Source: Podarcis erhardii (lineage: Eukaryota). From it: a DNA stretch of 64,000 nt. The stretch lies in the NCBI GenBank assembly GCA_964252035.1, contig OZ176208.1. One strand, 5' to 3'. Position numbers and translations under genes: made by a program. The notes beneath the pieces were generated by a model. It was not told where the DNA came from. It saw only the letters and a program-made list of their open reading frames with translations, and searched no databases. Positions 1 to 13,061 of the stretch are shown here, piece after piece. Every line of letters starts with the position of its first letter. Position 1 is the first letter of the stretch.

Positions 1-191
1 TATCTCAAATATGAAAGAATAAGGATGTTATCCGACAAGATGTCCAATATGTCCATTGTATCAGCACGCTGTATTTATGATAATTTTGTGGTCCACACAA
101 AATACAATCTCTCTGTTCTTCAGGCTCTTACAAGCATCACTGGGTGGTTGTTGTTTGTTTTTTGTAATCATGCTTGTGTTTTATTTTGTAG

Positions 192-260
192 TGGCTGAAA
201 GATTGCAAGAGGACATTTGGTACAGATGATGGTATTCATGGAACCACTACAGATGCTCAG
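192..260 (+). CDS. FRYL: FRYL (FRY-like transcription coactivator) internal coding exon, WLKDCKRTFGTDDGIHGTTTDAQ
   Basis: tttgtag|TGG...CAG|gtcggt, 69 nt, phase 0/0. The peptide resembles the recalled human FRYL segment WLDDCKRTFG...TDAQ. Confidence 0.9.
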
Positions 261-1254
261 GTCGGTGTCGGGCCCTGGTCACTGGGTCCATTTTATGCCA
301 TTCATTAATATGAACACCTTGTGTATGCCACAGTAGCAGTCATATTCCCAGACTGATTAAAGATTACTTGTAAAGGTTTTCATTTCAGTTATCACAACTA
401 TCTGAGGAATTTTATGAAGCATTGGCCTAAGAATAATGGATTCTCCATTTTATTGAAGTGAGGAGCCAGGCTCTGGGTCTGGGCTTAATAACACTGAGCA
501 GATAAGCAGGACAGATAGCATCTGCGTACCAAAACACGCCTGCCTTTGATGCAGCTGCTGTTGCAAGCGAGAGAATTGGTATGCTGCATCTCTGCTCATC
601 AGATAAATTACTGTCTGGACCAGAAGCCTCGCTGGATCTAATCTCATTAGTCCTGGGCACATACCTATGACCCGTCTAGAAGGGTACATTTAAAACAATT
701 ACTGGAGTGATGAAAATCTTGCCTGTTGTATTTGGAAAGGGCTTTCCAGAACAATACAGCTGTAGTACTTGGAACTAATAGGTGCATGAAAGAAGGCACT
801 ACAGGAACATCTTTGCTAAGGCTTTTTAATACTTAATACCACAATATTACCAAGTATGCAACAAGAACAATATTTCAAGTAAATGCTTGCAACTGCCATG
901 GTATTACGAGGATAGTGCTCTTTAGCACCCCGATGGTTACACTGTGGGGTGCTGCCAATAGTATTTAATATCAATATGTATCATCTGGGCATAGTTTGGG
1001 GGCAAGATGCCATCGGTAGGTAGATAACACTTGATGATATTTCTCTAGTGTTTGACTCAAGAAAGGATATGCAGTGCCTGGATGCAATGGTGGGATGAAT
1101 GAGGGGAAATAAGCTGAGGCTGAATCCTGGCAAGATGGTTGCACTGTGAGTGAGCTGTTTCCACGTCTAGGAAATTGGTTGACTGCCTGCCATGGACAGG
1201 GCTGCTCTCCTTCTGAAGGAGCAGCTACACAGCCTGGCGGCGCTTCTGGATCCA

Positions 1255-1600
1255 GCCTTATCACTGGAGGCCCAAGTGCCTAGAAGGGCCTTTTACCAGC
1301 TGCACTTGGCATGACAGCTTCAGCCGTTCCTGGACTGGGAGAGCTTTACCACCATAGTTCAGGCACTAGGCAAGATTTACCGTATTTTTTGCACCATAAC
1401 ACTCACTTTTTTCCTCCTAGAAAGTAAGGGGAAATGTCTGTGCATGTTATGGAGGGAATGCCTATGGGTGGCATGCCTACGGATTTTCCTCCTCTAAAAA
1501 CTATGTGCGTGTTATGGTCGGGTGCGTGTTATAGAGCGAAAAATACGGTAATTATTGCAAGGCACCCTATAAAGGGCTTCCCTTGTGCTTGGGCCAAAAA
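1255..1600 (+). mobile_element. Degraded L2-type LINE ORF2 C-terminal fragment interrupted by a MITE
   Basis: Translates roughly as RRAFYQLHLA.QLQPFLDWESFTTIVQAL...YC..LYKGLP, a typical L2 post-RT region. Confidence 0.65.
1380..1548. mobile_element. Tc2/pogo-like non-autonomous DNA element (family A)
   Basis: TA|CCGTATTTTT...AAAAATACGG|TA terminal inverted repeats and TA TSD. Confidence 0.85.
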
Positions 1601-2552
1601 AATGTAGCTAGAAGCAGGGTTTTTGTAGAGCTACCCAAAGCTCTGTTTTCAGCAGAATTCTCAATTTTTTACTTTAACTTCATACCTTCTGGTTTTTTCC
1701 CCTTCTTCTCCCCTTATTAATGAATGTATTTATTATTTAATTTGTTGACTATTCGCTAAAAAGTAGAAAATCACAAAGTGGTTTCCACTGCAAATAAAAC
1801 TTGAGATATATCAATACAATATAAAAATAGCTACATACATTAAAACCCAAACAATACATAATCACAAAGCAGTAGCAAAATGAGAAACAAATGGGCCAGC
1901 ACCTGGCATTAGAATGCCCCCAAAGCCAGGATAAATAAATATAACTTAAGTTGACGATGAAAGTGGAATACTGGTGGTGCATAGAGCATAATTGCATCAG
2001 GGTGATGAAACTGCTTGTGACAGTATTGTCTTCTGTGCTTATCTTCTAACATTTGTGGGGTCGGACCAAAGGTTAATGTACGGAAGTTTCTAAAGAGCCT
2101 GTACTCTGGAAGGTTTTGCTTCATCACCCTCCCCAACTTTTATTGAAAAACACTTGTTGCAAAAAAAAAAAAAAGTATTGGGAAACAGAGTCTGATCCTC
2201 TGCATCTTTTGCAAGGGGGGGGGGACACCTTGCCCCATCCTCTGGCCCTGTTATCGCCTCCTTTGCTGGGTTAGCAGGGTTTGCCTGCTCTGTTGGTGTG
2301 AGGTCAAGGTTCCTTGCAATGCAAGACCACCAGTTGGAGAAAGAGTGGGGAAATGGGTGAGGTGTTGCTAGGTAAATGGGGCTCTTCCCACAGCTGTGCT
2401 AACACTGAAACACAGTTGCAGTGCCGAAGATCGTAATGTTGAATACAGGTGTTGGGAGAGGCTTAGGGAGCAGAGCTGGCTGTGGGACAAACCTACAACA
2501 AAAGTAGGGCCCAGTACTTGAGTTTTAATAGAAGCAAGCTATATTTATCTAC

Positions 2553-2903
2553 GGGAATGCGGGTGGCGCTGTGGGTTAAACCACAGAGCTGAGGACTTGC
2601 TGATCAGAAGGTCGGCGGTTTGAATCCCCGTGATGGGGTGAGCTCCCGTTGCTTGGTCCCTGCTCCTGCCAACCTAGCAGTTCGAAAACACGTCAAAGTG
2701 TAATTAGATAAATAGGTACCACCCTGGCGGGAAGGTAAACAGTGTTTCCGTGCGCTGCTCTGGTTCGCCAGAACTGGCTTAGTCATGCAGGCCACATGAC
2801 CCGGAAGCTGTACACGGCTCCCTTGGCCAATAAAGCAAGATGAGCACCACAACCCCAGAGTCGGCCACGATTGGACCTAATGGTCAGGGGTCCCTTTACC
2901 TTT
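2553..2903 (+). mobile_element. Sauria SINE, full length
   Basis: tRNA-like head (GGTGGCGCTGTGG A-box, GGTTTGAATCCC B-box) and ...CCCTTTACCTTT tail. Confidence 0.9.
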
Positions 2904-3470
2904 AATTATATTTATCTACAAGAAAATATTTCGTGGATGAAGGGGGACAATTGGTCTCTAGGGACCGTTCATCCTCTAAGGTCAATTCTCCACATACACC
3001 ATGGGATTCTATTATTCTGTATTAAAAGATCCTTTGGAAGTGAAACTTTTTGGCCAAGAGAACGCTTGCTCTATGGTGCACAGCCTCCAAGCCAATCCCC
3101 CCTCCTTCCTGTTAGGGCTCCAAGCAGGTTTTCTTGCTTCCTCTCAGCCCTGGCCAGTTGAGAGCACACATACAAGAAACATTGCCCTTAGCCCCAGTTG
3201 TTGTTTTTTGTATGTGTGTGTTTCAGGGGAAAGGGGGGGATCCCTCCCCAATATTTCTTTCTGCAAGGATGAATATTTGCTATCTCGTAGAAAACCTATC
3301 CTGCCTTTCCCTCTCCCTCCATTTTGGGTCCCAGTCTATCTGCACATAAACTCCGTAGTCTGCTAATATAGGAAATCATTTGGCTGTGTTGATACGCCTT
3401 AAAATGCATGAGGTTTCTTTTTTTTATCTTTTTAATGAATATATGCATGCAGCTCTTTCCTTTCCAATTA

Positions 3471-3843
3471 CCGTATTTTTCACTCTATAAAACAGACATT
3501 TCCCCCTCCAAAAATTAAGAGGAAATGTGTGTGCGTTTTATGGAGCGAATGCAGGCTCCTTGGCTTCAGCGATAGCAACGCGAAGCCTCCGAAGTGCAGT
3601 GGGAGCACTCCCTCTGAGCTCCAGAGGCTTCGGGTTCCTTTCACTGAAGGGTAGGTGCCCCTTCAGCTAAGGCACAGTGCCCCTTCAGCTAAGCAGGAGG
3701 AGAAATTGAAGGGGCTCAGTGTTTCCTGCCGCTTCGCTGAAGGGGCGCTGTGCAGAGAGGGGGAGTTTCCCCCCCCTTGTTCTCCCCCTCTAAAACAAGG
3801 TGCGTCCTATGGTCGGGTGCATCCTGTAGAGCAAAAAATATGG
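3471..3843. mobile_element. Tc2/pogo-like MITE (family A), longer GC-rich internal variant
   Basis: TA|CCGTATTTTT...AAAAATATGG|TA; shares subterminal sequence with 1380-1548. Confidence 0.85.
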
Positions 3844-4109
3844 TAAATGTGAGAATTTTACAAATACCCTCTACTTTACACTATATCATTTTGTCATACT
3901 GCATGAAAGCAAGACAAGTAGTACATCTACAAATTCAGTTACTTTGAATTCTGCCTAGACTTTTTACACACAGTGAAGCTTTCTTTGAACGTTATTCTTC
4001 TTTTAGTTTATATGGGACATCTGAGACCCTATTTAAAATGATCTTCTATACTAATTCATGATCTTTTTTCCTTTTTGTATTTTTGTGACCTGCTCACGTT
4101 CTTGCTTAG

Positions 4110-4127
4110 CATTTGGAAATTCTAGCA
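4110..4127 (+). CDS. FRYL: FRYL 18-nt microexon encoding HLEILA
   Basis: cttgcttag|CATTTGGAAATTCTAGCA|gtaagt. Frame-preserving, and matches the recalled human insert QMEILA between TDAQ and ELELCRR. Confidence 0.8.
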
Positions 4128-4874
4128 GTAAGTGATGGCTCTTGATTTATCAAATATTTAACCATGCCAGTAAAGAAACTGGTTTCATTTTTGTCTCTTG
4201 TCCATTTGTGATATAGCTGTGTCTCATTTAGATTACAGAAAGTGTTTGCTTCACTTACCTATATAATTCTAACTCTTAAAATGCCAGCCCCTTTTAGATG
4301 GTAGATTAGCAGCAAGTGATTCCATTACCATTTGCTTTGCTGCTTTGGTGTAAAACAATCTTAACACCCATCTCCCTGTGATACATACATGTGAAAATAT
4401 GCAGAGAAGTAATATTGCAATTTTGTTCAGGAATTTATTGCTTTTACAGTTGTCATGCTACTGTAGAACTGGAAAGCTAAGAGTGTATATTTTAATAAAT
4501 GTATTAACTGTGGGAAGAAACAATGTGCTTGAACATAAATACCATATTTTGATATGTGGCCCAGAATTAAAACTGACATCACCAGTAGAAATAGAAGCAA
4601 TTTCTTCCCTGCTAGAGCATGGCATTTCTGAAATGTCATGAGAATCCCTTTCTGTTTTCTTTGTTGTAAATACAATTGCCCTTCTTAAAAGGTAAAGTTA
4701 TAAGGGCAACACCACTTTTTAATTATACATCTACAGCTTTCATCAGCTTCTTACTGCATTAGCTTCTGCAAATAACTTTTTTATATTGCAAATTATTCAC
4801 TAGACAAGCAGTGTGTTTATTGTCTGATTATTATATAGTTGATTAATATACTGAATTTAAGATAATAACCTTAG

Positions 4875-5021
<147 letters not shown>

Positions 5022-5194
5022 TAATAGTGTTTGTTAAAAGTGAACTGCTTGAGATTGTCAATTTTGTTTTAAGAGGATAAAACAATCTGACTTACAATGT
5101 TAATCACATTTGTAACCATCACCCAATTGCAGTTGGATTGATGTCAAAGTTTCTGATACACATATACCAAAATTTCCAAGTTCATATTGTGAGC

Positions 5195-5640
5195 AGTTAA
5201 GAGTTGGAAGGGATCCCGAGGGTCATCCAGTCCAACCCCGTGCAATGCAGGAATCCCAATGAAAGCATCCATTACAGATGGCCATCCAACCTCTGCTTTA
5301 AAAACTCCATTCCACCGTCAAATAGCTCCAACTGACACTTAGTCAAAATCTTCTTTCTTGTAACTTGAAGCCAGTGGTTTGGGTCCTACGCTCCAGAGCA
5401 AGAGAAAACAAGCTTGCTCCATCCTCCATGTGACAGCCTTTTAGCTAGATGGCTCTCAGTCTCCTCTTATCCAGGCCAAACATGCTCAACCATTCCTCTT
5501 AAGGCTTGTTTTCCAGACCCTTGACCATCATGGTCACTATCCTCTATATACGTTACAGCTTGTCAATATCCTTCTTAAATTTTGGTGCCCAGAAATGGAC
5601 ACAGTACTCCAGGTGTGGTCTGATCAAGGCAGAATAAAGT
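5195..5640 (-). mobile_element. CR1-type LINE 3' fragment (degraded)
   Basis: Hallmark segments AGAGTTGGAAGGGA...TCCAACCCC and CCCAGAAATGGACACAGTACTCCAGGTGTGGTCT; boundaries approximate. Confidence 0.6.
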
Positions 5641-5775
5641 GCTTGAGGTACTTCTGTGAGCAAGCATTTAACCCGAAATATGCCCTAATTAAATATTTTT
5701 TAAAAATAACCCTCTGTCCCCATTTCTTAAATTGCTTTTAGTACAAAAACTTAAGTTTATCTTCTTTTGTTTTAG

Positions 5776-5972
5776 GTAATAAACATGTCAGAGGAGCTTG
5801 CACAGCTAGAAGCCTTTCTGAAGGAAGCAGAGTCTGCTTCTGACAGTGGTATTGAAGAAATGGAAATTCCAGAAGCTTCTCAAGCCAACACTGAGACTGC
5901 CATTCATTCTCTCATTGAAACTTTGAGGAATAAAGAGTTTATGTCTGCTATAGTACAGGTCAAAGCTTTCAG
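5776..5972 (+). CDS. FRYL: FRYL penultimate coding exon, VINMSEELAQLE...VQVKAFR
   Basis: ttttag|GTA...TTCAG|gtac, 197 nt, phase 0/2. Overlaps track ORF 5785..6084. Confidence 0.95.
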
Positions 5973-6211
5973 GTACAATTTGCTAATATTCTCATTTGAA
6001 AAGGATAAAATTGAGAGGGACCTTTATGCAATGGCCTACTTACATCAGTATATTTCTTATTTTATCAATACAATTGTAAGGTAACTCCAAACGGAGTTAA
6101 GTTCTCTCATAACTGTAAGGTATAATAATTTTTAACCTAGAATTTTGAAGCAAGCCTACTTTATTAAAAAATGGAAATATGATAAACTTCTTTATAAGAC
6201 AAAGACATTAA

Positions 6212-6490
<279 letters not shown>

Positions 6491-8464
6491 AAACTACTGT
6501 CCCACAGAGAAGAACTGACATGGTCTCAATATTATCAAGCACCTTTTCATATCTGTTGAAACTTGCTGTTTGTGACAGAAACCATACCTGTGATGACCAG
6601 TGAAGTACTGGGAGCAAGCTATGTTATTCAGAAATGAAGGTTTTTGAAACCTCATAGCCATCACCTTAACTTTTTCTTAAACAGTAGCTGTGTATGGACA
6701 GTATGAACACTTTTTGAAAATAACTATATACAAACTGCATTAGAAGAAAAGGGCTAAAAACAATGCCTACAAATGCATTATTATCTTCAAAAACGACTTG
6801 TTGCAATAATGGCCTCTTGATACTGAGACAATTAAAAGCAGGTAAATGAGGCTAAAAATCAAGGCTGGTTATTTTGGCTGAAGACCTGCGAGGCTTCTTC
6901 GCTTTCAAGCAGCAAATAAATCATCAGGTGATGCCAAATTAATACACTTGGCAATGTCATGAGGAATGTGCTGCCATACTGGAGCCGGAAAGACTGCAGA
7001 CTCCATTGATTTATCAATGTTGTATTTACTCTACCTTCGTCTATAATGGTGGATTATGTGTGAAAGTAGGAATGAATGGATATCTGACAATTGCATTTTG
7101 AAGGTATGGATGTTTGATATGGTCTGAGCATGCCTAAAAAAGCACTGCAAGATTATTTTTGGAAGAAAAAAAATATTTTATTAGATTTAACTCCTTAGTC
7201 TGTAAATGTTATGGCATTTAATAATATTTTAAACTGGAATTATCCAGTTTTCAAAAAGAAATAATATATCTAACTCGTTTGGAATGCTGCTCAGTTCTCT
7301 GATCAGCGCTTATTACAAATATTGATAACGACTAACCAAAAAGTAGCTGCCTGCAGAGACTTTAAACTGTATAATAAAAGATATATGTTGCTCCTCAGCA
7401 ACTCATTAGAAAAGTTAACTTATTTTATTCTGTACATACTCTAGAAATTGTATAGTGTAAAATCCAGTATTTTTCTTGTACAATTGTGCAATGCACTGTT
7501 ACATGAGAATAGTGTATAAAGCTGGGGGGAGGGGGGGGGAGAATAGTGGCTGTTAATGGAATACATGATCTGCATCTGTGTATTCTAGAGTTCAAGAAAA
7601 GGTGTAAACTTGCTTGTATTTTCATGATAACGCTTAGGAATTTGGGACTGTAGAAGGGAGAGACCACTGACTACCAAAACCTACAATATACTTTAGAATT
7701 CCTTATTAAAATCTTGTAGCACAAAATAAACTGGATTCTATTGGAACCAAAACTTTTTTAGAAGCAAAAAAGTAATGAATGTCTCATGATTCCTGAAGGA
7801 ACAAATGCCCTGTATTTTATGCATCTCTCCTACCCACTGTGATTGATGTTAAAGCAAAAAAATTGGGCTCTGAAATGTCAGGGTGTAGAATGTAGACATG
7901 AAATCTCTTAGCATGGCCTTTTTTCCACTGGGGAAATGGAGTAGACATGTAATTATGCTGAAATACATTAAATTAAGGCACTGTGCATACCATTGGACTG
8001 CTGACACAAGTTCTGTTACTTTTCAAAATCCGCACATTCATAATCACTGTATTATTTTTTACCCTGATATAATTTAATTATTTTGAAGGCTCTGTGGTAC
8101 TGTAGATTATGTTCCTAATTATTTAATACACTTTTAAAAGGGGTGTGTGTAGTTTTTAGTGGTGTTACTTTTTACATCTTCTATTGGCCTTTTTGTGTTT
8201 CTTTTTGCTTTGGGGAGGGTTGGTAAAATAAAATTTCATATATGCTACCTTGTGTATTTTCTGAAAAGGATTGTGGGGTATGTGTGCAAACATTTAAATA
8301 AGAATATCACTTTTATGCTTTATTCTAAGACAACCTTAGCATGCTTAAAAATAGACTAGCTATAATAAGTGACAAAGAATACAATACACATCCTCTAACC
8401 AAACATACATGTTGTATGTAGTGCTGTAATTGCACTGCATGACTTGCTAGGTGTAAGTGTAGAT

Positions 8465-8474
8465 AATAAATAAA
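8465..8474 (+). terminator. Candidate FRYL polyadenylation signal (overlapping AATAAA hexamers), implying a ~2-kb 3'UTR
   Basis: aataaataaa after a long AU-rich tract, with GU/U-rich sequence downstream. Position inferred, not transcript-supported. Confidence 0.45.
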
Positions 8475-9462
8475 AGTAGAGGGGGAGCTGCTGCAAAACT
8501 CTGCATGATGTGGTGGTTCTCCTGAGTTATTTGTATATGTTACTGATAGTTCAGAATTGAGCCAAACTCATTTTTGTGCTAATTGGGGGGGGGGAGAGAT
8601 CCATAGCTCATTGGTAGAATATAAATCCATTGCAGTCCAAATTCAATCTCTGAATTTGGTACTTCCAGTTAAAGGATCTCCATAACCTTGGGAGCCTGGA
8701 GTGCTAGTTCAAACGCAGGCAAGGTGAGTAAGATGTATAAGGTGGATCTGCATGCAAGTAGTGAGATAACAATAAACTTATTATTTTCATTTATATTTCA
8801 TTTATAAATTTCTCCCACTGAAATCATCAGAGATGCTTTTCATTGGATTGGGCCTAAGGCGATGCTACTACACAGAATAGGGAAAGGCGCTTGATTGGCT
8901 GAAGGGATCATTAGCAGTAGGACAAGGCCTTGACTATTGAGAAATCTCCCATCCCTTTGTGAATTCAATATCCCACATCTCCACTCCCGTTGCTGACCAG
9001 GCTTGATGGGAGGTATTAAAGAGGAGGTGCCCAGTTAACACTACAACCTATTTTCTTGCAGTCATACTAGCTTCTATCCAGAAGCAAGCCCTGGGTAAAG
9101 TGTATCAAACAAGCTATTTGAAACTTCAGAACCTTAGCACTTAAAGTTGATACTAGAAAGCAGGTATTTAGCAATACACAGCAATTTGGAAGTACAGTAT
9201 AAACAACACTACATAGTAGTATTTAAAATGACTGCAGCACAGATCATGTAGTTCTAGCAATGTGGCCAGTGACAGTTTCAGCTGCCTCCGATAAGCTTAA
9301 ATTGCTTTAACCAAACAATAAATCCCTATCCCTCCATAAAAAATAGTTATACTATATCAACTATACTGACATAGTATAGTATGTAACAGTTATAACAGCA
9401 AAGCATGGTTCCCATTTGAGAATGTGCAACAGTGAGCCTTAGGCTCATATGCTGTCCAAGTA

Positions 9463-9689
9463 CAGTGGTACCTCGGGTTAAGTACTTAATTCGTTCCGGA
9501 GGTCTTAACCTGAAACTGTTCTTAACCTGAAGCACCACTTTAGCTACTGGGGCCTCCTGCTGCTGCTGCACCGCCGGAGCACGATTTCTGTTTCTGTTCT
9601 CATCCTGAAGCAAAGTTCTTAACCCGAGGTACTATTTCTGGGTTAGCGGAGTCTGTAACCTGAAGCATATGTAACCCGAGGTACTACTG
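9463..9689. mobile_element. Tc1/mariner-type MITE (family B, TIR CAGTGGTACCTCGGGTTA)
   Basis: TIRs and TA TSD; internal repeats TTAACCTGAA/GTAACCTGAA. Confidence 0.9.
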
Positions 9690-11025
9690 TACTAGAAGAG
9701 AAAGTTTAAAGCTTCCATTTGCAACCACCAACAGCCTCCTCTATTCAGATGTAATGGGAAACAATGGCAAATTGAAGCTTTAAGCTTCACCTCCTAACAG
9801 GAGTGCTGGCATGGAAGCCCAGGGATCACTGCAGGTCCATTCATCTAATGCCAACTCCTGAGAGACTGATCTGCTTTCAGAATTAAAATCTGCAAATGAT
9901 CTACCCCTTTTTTGGGGGGGGGGTTCAAGTCAAAGTTGTTGAGCTTTAGGGAGGAGAAAAGCCCTGTTTTTATACAAATACTGTCTTAGTTCCATTTCCG
10001 GGGGGGGGGGGGCATTAAAGGCAAGGGTCAAAGGAGAAAGTCACTCACAATAATAAACGCTTTGAATGAAAACACCCACAGAGAGAAATGAAATAGTTAC
10101 AAGCCGTGATGAAGCATCACAATCCCTTTATTTATACATTCACTCAGATAGCGCCTCATCATCATGAAAGTTGTAGGTAATATTTAGAAGCATGCCATTC
10201 ACTGTCTTGGCTCAAGACAGTGAATCTTAATCTCTCAATTTTGGATGATGGCCAGCCATTAGACATATCCTGCCACTCACCTACAAACTTAAACTGGCAT
10301 TGGTCAGAAATAGTTCTCCCGTTGTACCAAATACTGTACCCACTGTACCTATCAATATTCAGTTATGCATACAACTTAGATCCAGAACAATTGTCTAGTT
10401 TTTACCCAGCACCATTCAAGTACATCTCAGTTGAAGAAATCTAAAGGACTATACATCACTGCCTCCTACTTCTACCATTAAACAATTCACTGCTATTCCA
10501 CCCCTTTTCATATCAGTTATATATTTGATTCTCCATAAATTTTAACTATTTCCCATAACTTTACCTGCCCTGTATAGAGCAATTGTCAATGTGAAACTCA
10601 TACGTACAATTACATTTCCCAGTTTGGGGCCACTTAAGTGTGCATTAGGTTCTACACAGAAGCATTTCATAGCAAGATGGTAACAAGGAAGAAGACTGGT
10701 ACACATTCCTCCACACAGATGGGAAGAAGGGTTTAAATAAGGCTCTCCCATCACCAGCAACACCCCCCCTCTTTTTTTGCTGAACTTGCTTTTCAAGTCT
10801 TCTTCTCTCCAAAAAGAATCTAGCTGAGTCACAGTATGCCAGGCAGAGTCCCTCCCCCTTAATACAATTACAAAAAATGAAGTGGGCATTAGGTTGCATT
10901 AGGATTCACAATTGCTTTACTACAGCTTCATTGGCAGGCTTTCCACTGCTGCAGCCTGCTGTTTCCAAACAAAATATCTGCGTCATTGCAAATCTATATT
11001 AAGGATTCTTTCGCTACTATCCTGC

Positions 11026-11169
11026 TCAAATAATATATTTAAAACTAAATGTACTATCACAAGAGAGACGTTTGCCTTTGCACCTTCCACAGAGATCCTG
11101 ACGATGGGGTCTCTTGGGATCTACATGGCGCAATTTCACAGGACAGACGCACCGTGTCTGCTTGCAACT
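11026..11169 (-). CDS. ZAR1: ZAR1 exon 4, SCKQTRCVCPVKLRHVDPKRPHRQDLCGRCKGKRLSCDSTFSFKYII-stop
   Basis: Minus-strand acceptor cccatttcag|AGT; TGA at 11026-11028. Canonical ZAR1 zinc-finger C-terminus. Confidence 0.97.
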   Translation of the reverse strand, partial: SCKQTRCVCPVKLRHVDPKRPHRQDLCGRCKGKRLSCDSTFSFKYII

Positions 11170-12798
11170 CTGAAATGGGACAGAAAGAGGCACAGTATCT
11201 GAAACTACTACAAGCATCCATGTACAAGTTCTGCAGATAAAATATGCTTTAGGGGCCTGCATAGGTATAAGGTTCACAGGTTCCATGACCTTTTTAAACT
11301 CCAACCTAAGCACCGCTTTCTGTTTGGGGGCCTCTTCAGTGACTGGAAGACTCATGCACAATAGGATGCAACAACAACTACTAAAGCAAACTGTTAACGC
11401 TACTATTATTGTTGCATCTCCATCACACACACCCCAACTACAGAAGTACAGTTTCCCTCTAGGTAGAACAAGGAAGATCAATTCCAAGTACTGTATAAGA
11501 CTCCCTAAGAAGTGGCGAATGCCATTAAGAAGATGAGACAAATTCATGGAGGTAAGGCTGTCAGCTGATAGTAACCACCATGGTTATATGTCTTACCTCT
11601 ACCTCCACTGTCGGAGGCTGTACATCTCTGGATATCAGCTGCTGTCAGGAACTACAAGTGGGAAGAGTTCAGGCTTTGCACAAGGCAGCTGGGTTGGCCT
11701 CTGGAAGAACATGATGCTAGACTAGGTGGGCCTGATCCAGTAGGCTCTTAAGACTGCCCATTGGGGAAATGATGCATTTTGAACTTTAACCCTACATATG
11801 TCTACATATGTAGCAGAATGCACAGCTGGGGATCATATTTAAATTTCCCACATAAAAAATAATAATTAAAACTTCATTTCCAATTGCAAGAAAACTGAGA
11901 GCAAGCAGAGGGCTGGACTATATTTGTAACAACTACACAGGGAGCATTCCAAAGTCCTCCATTTGTCTGAAGCAACAGTTCATTCTACCACCCCATGTAG
12001 AACATGCCTTCATTAAACCTAAACTACTCCACAAAGTATCCAAAACTGAACCAATCATGGGGCCGCATTAACTAAAGATATACGCCATGGCCTAGTTTGG
12101 ACTTTAAATCATCAGCCAAATATACCATGGTTTAATAGTAGTTCTGGAACAAGCACCTCCATTTCAATCACCCACCCAGCTTCAATTAAAATATCCTGGT
12201 TTCTTAAGCCAGTGTTTCACATGACCTCCAAACCAAGAAACTGATTTGAGTTCACTCAAAACCACTATAAGATCATCAACACTGTACAACAGATTAAGAG
12301 CATTTTCAATGAACAATTAATTTTCCCCATCCTTCCAATTTACTTATCCTTCCTATTAGCCATCCTGGTGCAATCAAAGTTAAAGGGTAATTAAATTATC
12401 ATTAAATTCAGGTATCACCGCTAGTGAGAACTGATCTTGCACAGGAAAGAGAACCAATTAAATCTACATACTCAAGTACAGAATGTGCATGTGCTGTGCA
12501 GAATGTACACGTTAAACTATAAATGCTGTTCTAGTGGGTTTAGAGGGTTTTCATGCTCTTCATGACTAAGTGCACATCCCAAAATCTGATAGGGGATAGG
12601 CAAGGGCCAACTGAGCAGGATGCTGCATCTGGTTCTATATAAGCACACCTGTTTTTCACAGGGGCACAAGCATTCTATACTGCAGTATGGCTATCCGAAT
12701 ACAAGCAGTAGAAGAGACAGAGACAGAGATATCCAATGCCTGAAAACAGTATGTTTGGAAAGTATTTTGCCTTCAATGGCCTCCTAAGAGTTGCTTAC

Positions 12799-12873
12799 TT
12801 GGCAGGTGATATCCTCCACACGGTAGGGATTGTAGGATTTCTGGCAAGTTCGGCAGAACTGCCTAAAATATAC
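12799..12873 (-). CDS. ZAR1: ZAR1 exon 3, VYFRQFCRTCQKSYNPYRVEDITCQ
   Basis: ccctcag|GTA...CAA|gtaagc, 75 nt, phase 0/0. Confidence 0.97.
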
Positions 12874-12968
12874 CTGAGGGTGGGTGGGGAGAAGGAAAAA
12901 AGCATGAAGGCAACTCCTTACCAAAGGGCAAGACCACCCCCCTCCACTGCTCTAGTGACAATACTCAC

Positions 12969-13061
12969 CTTGTTTGTGCCCTGCACACACCATACATAGG
13001 CACTCTCCCAGCGGATGTTGCAGTCCTTGCAGTGGTAATAGCCATACTTCTGCTCTAGGAA
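12969..13061 (-). CDS. ZAR1: ZAR1 exon 2, FLEQKYGYYHCKDCNIRWESAYVWCVQGTNK
   Basis: ctctctag|TTC...AAG|gtgagt, 93 nt, phase 0/0. Confidence 0.97.

Noticed and set aside
11170-11547. N-terminal extension of the 173-aa ORF upstream of ZAR1 exon 4
   Set aside because: Intronic read-through upstream of the cag acceptor at 11170; not ZAR1-like.
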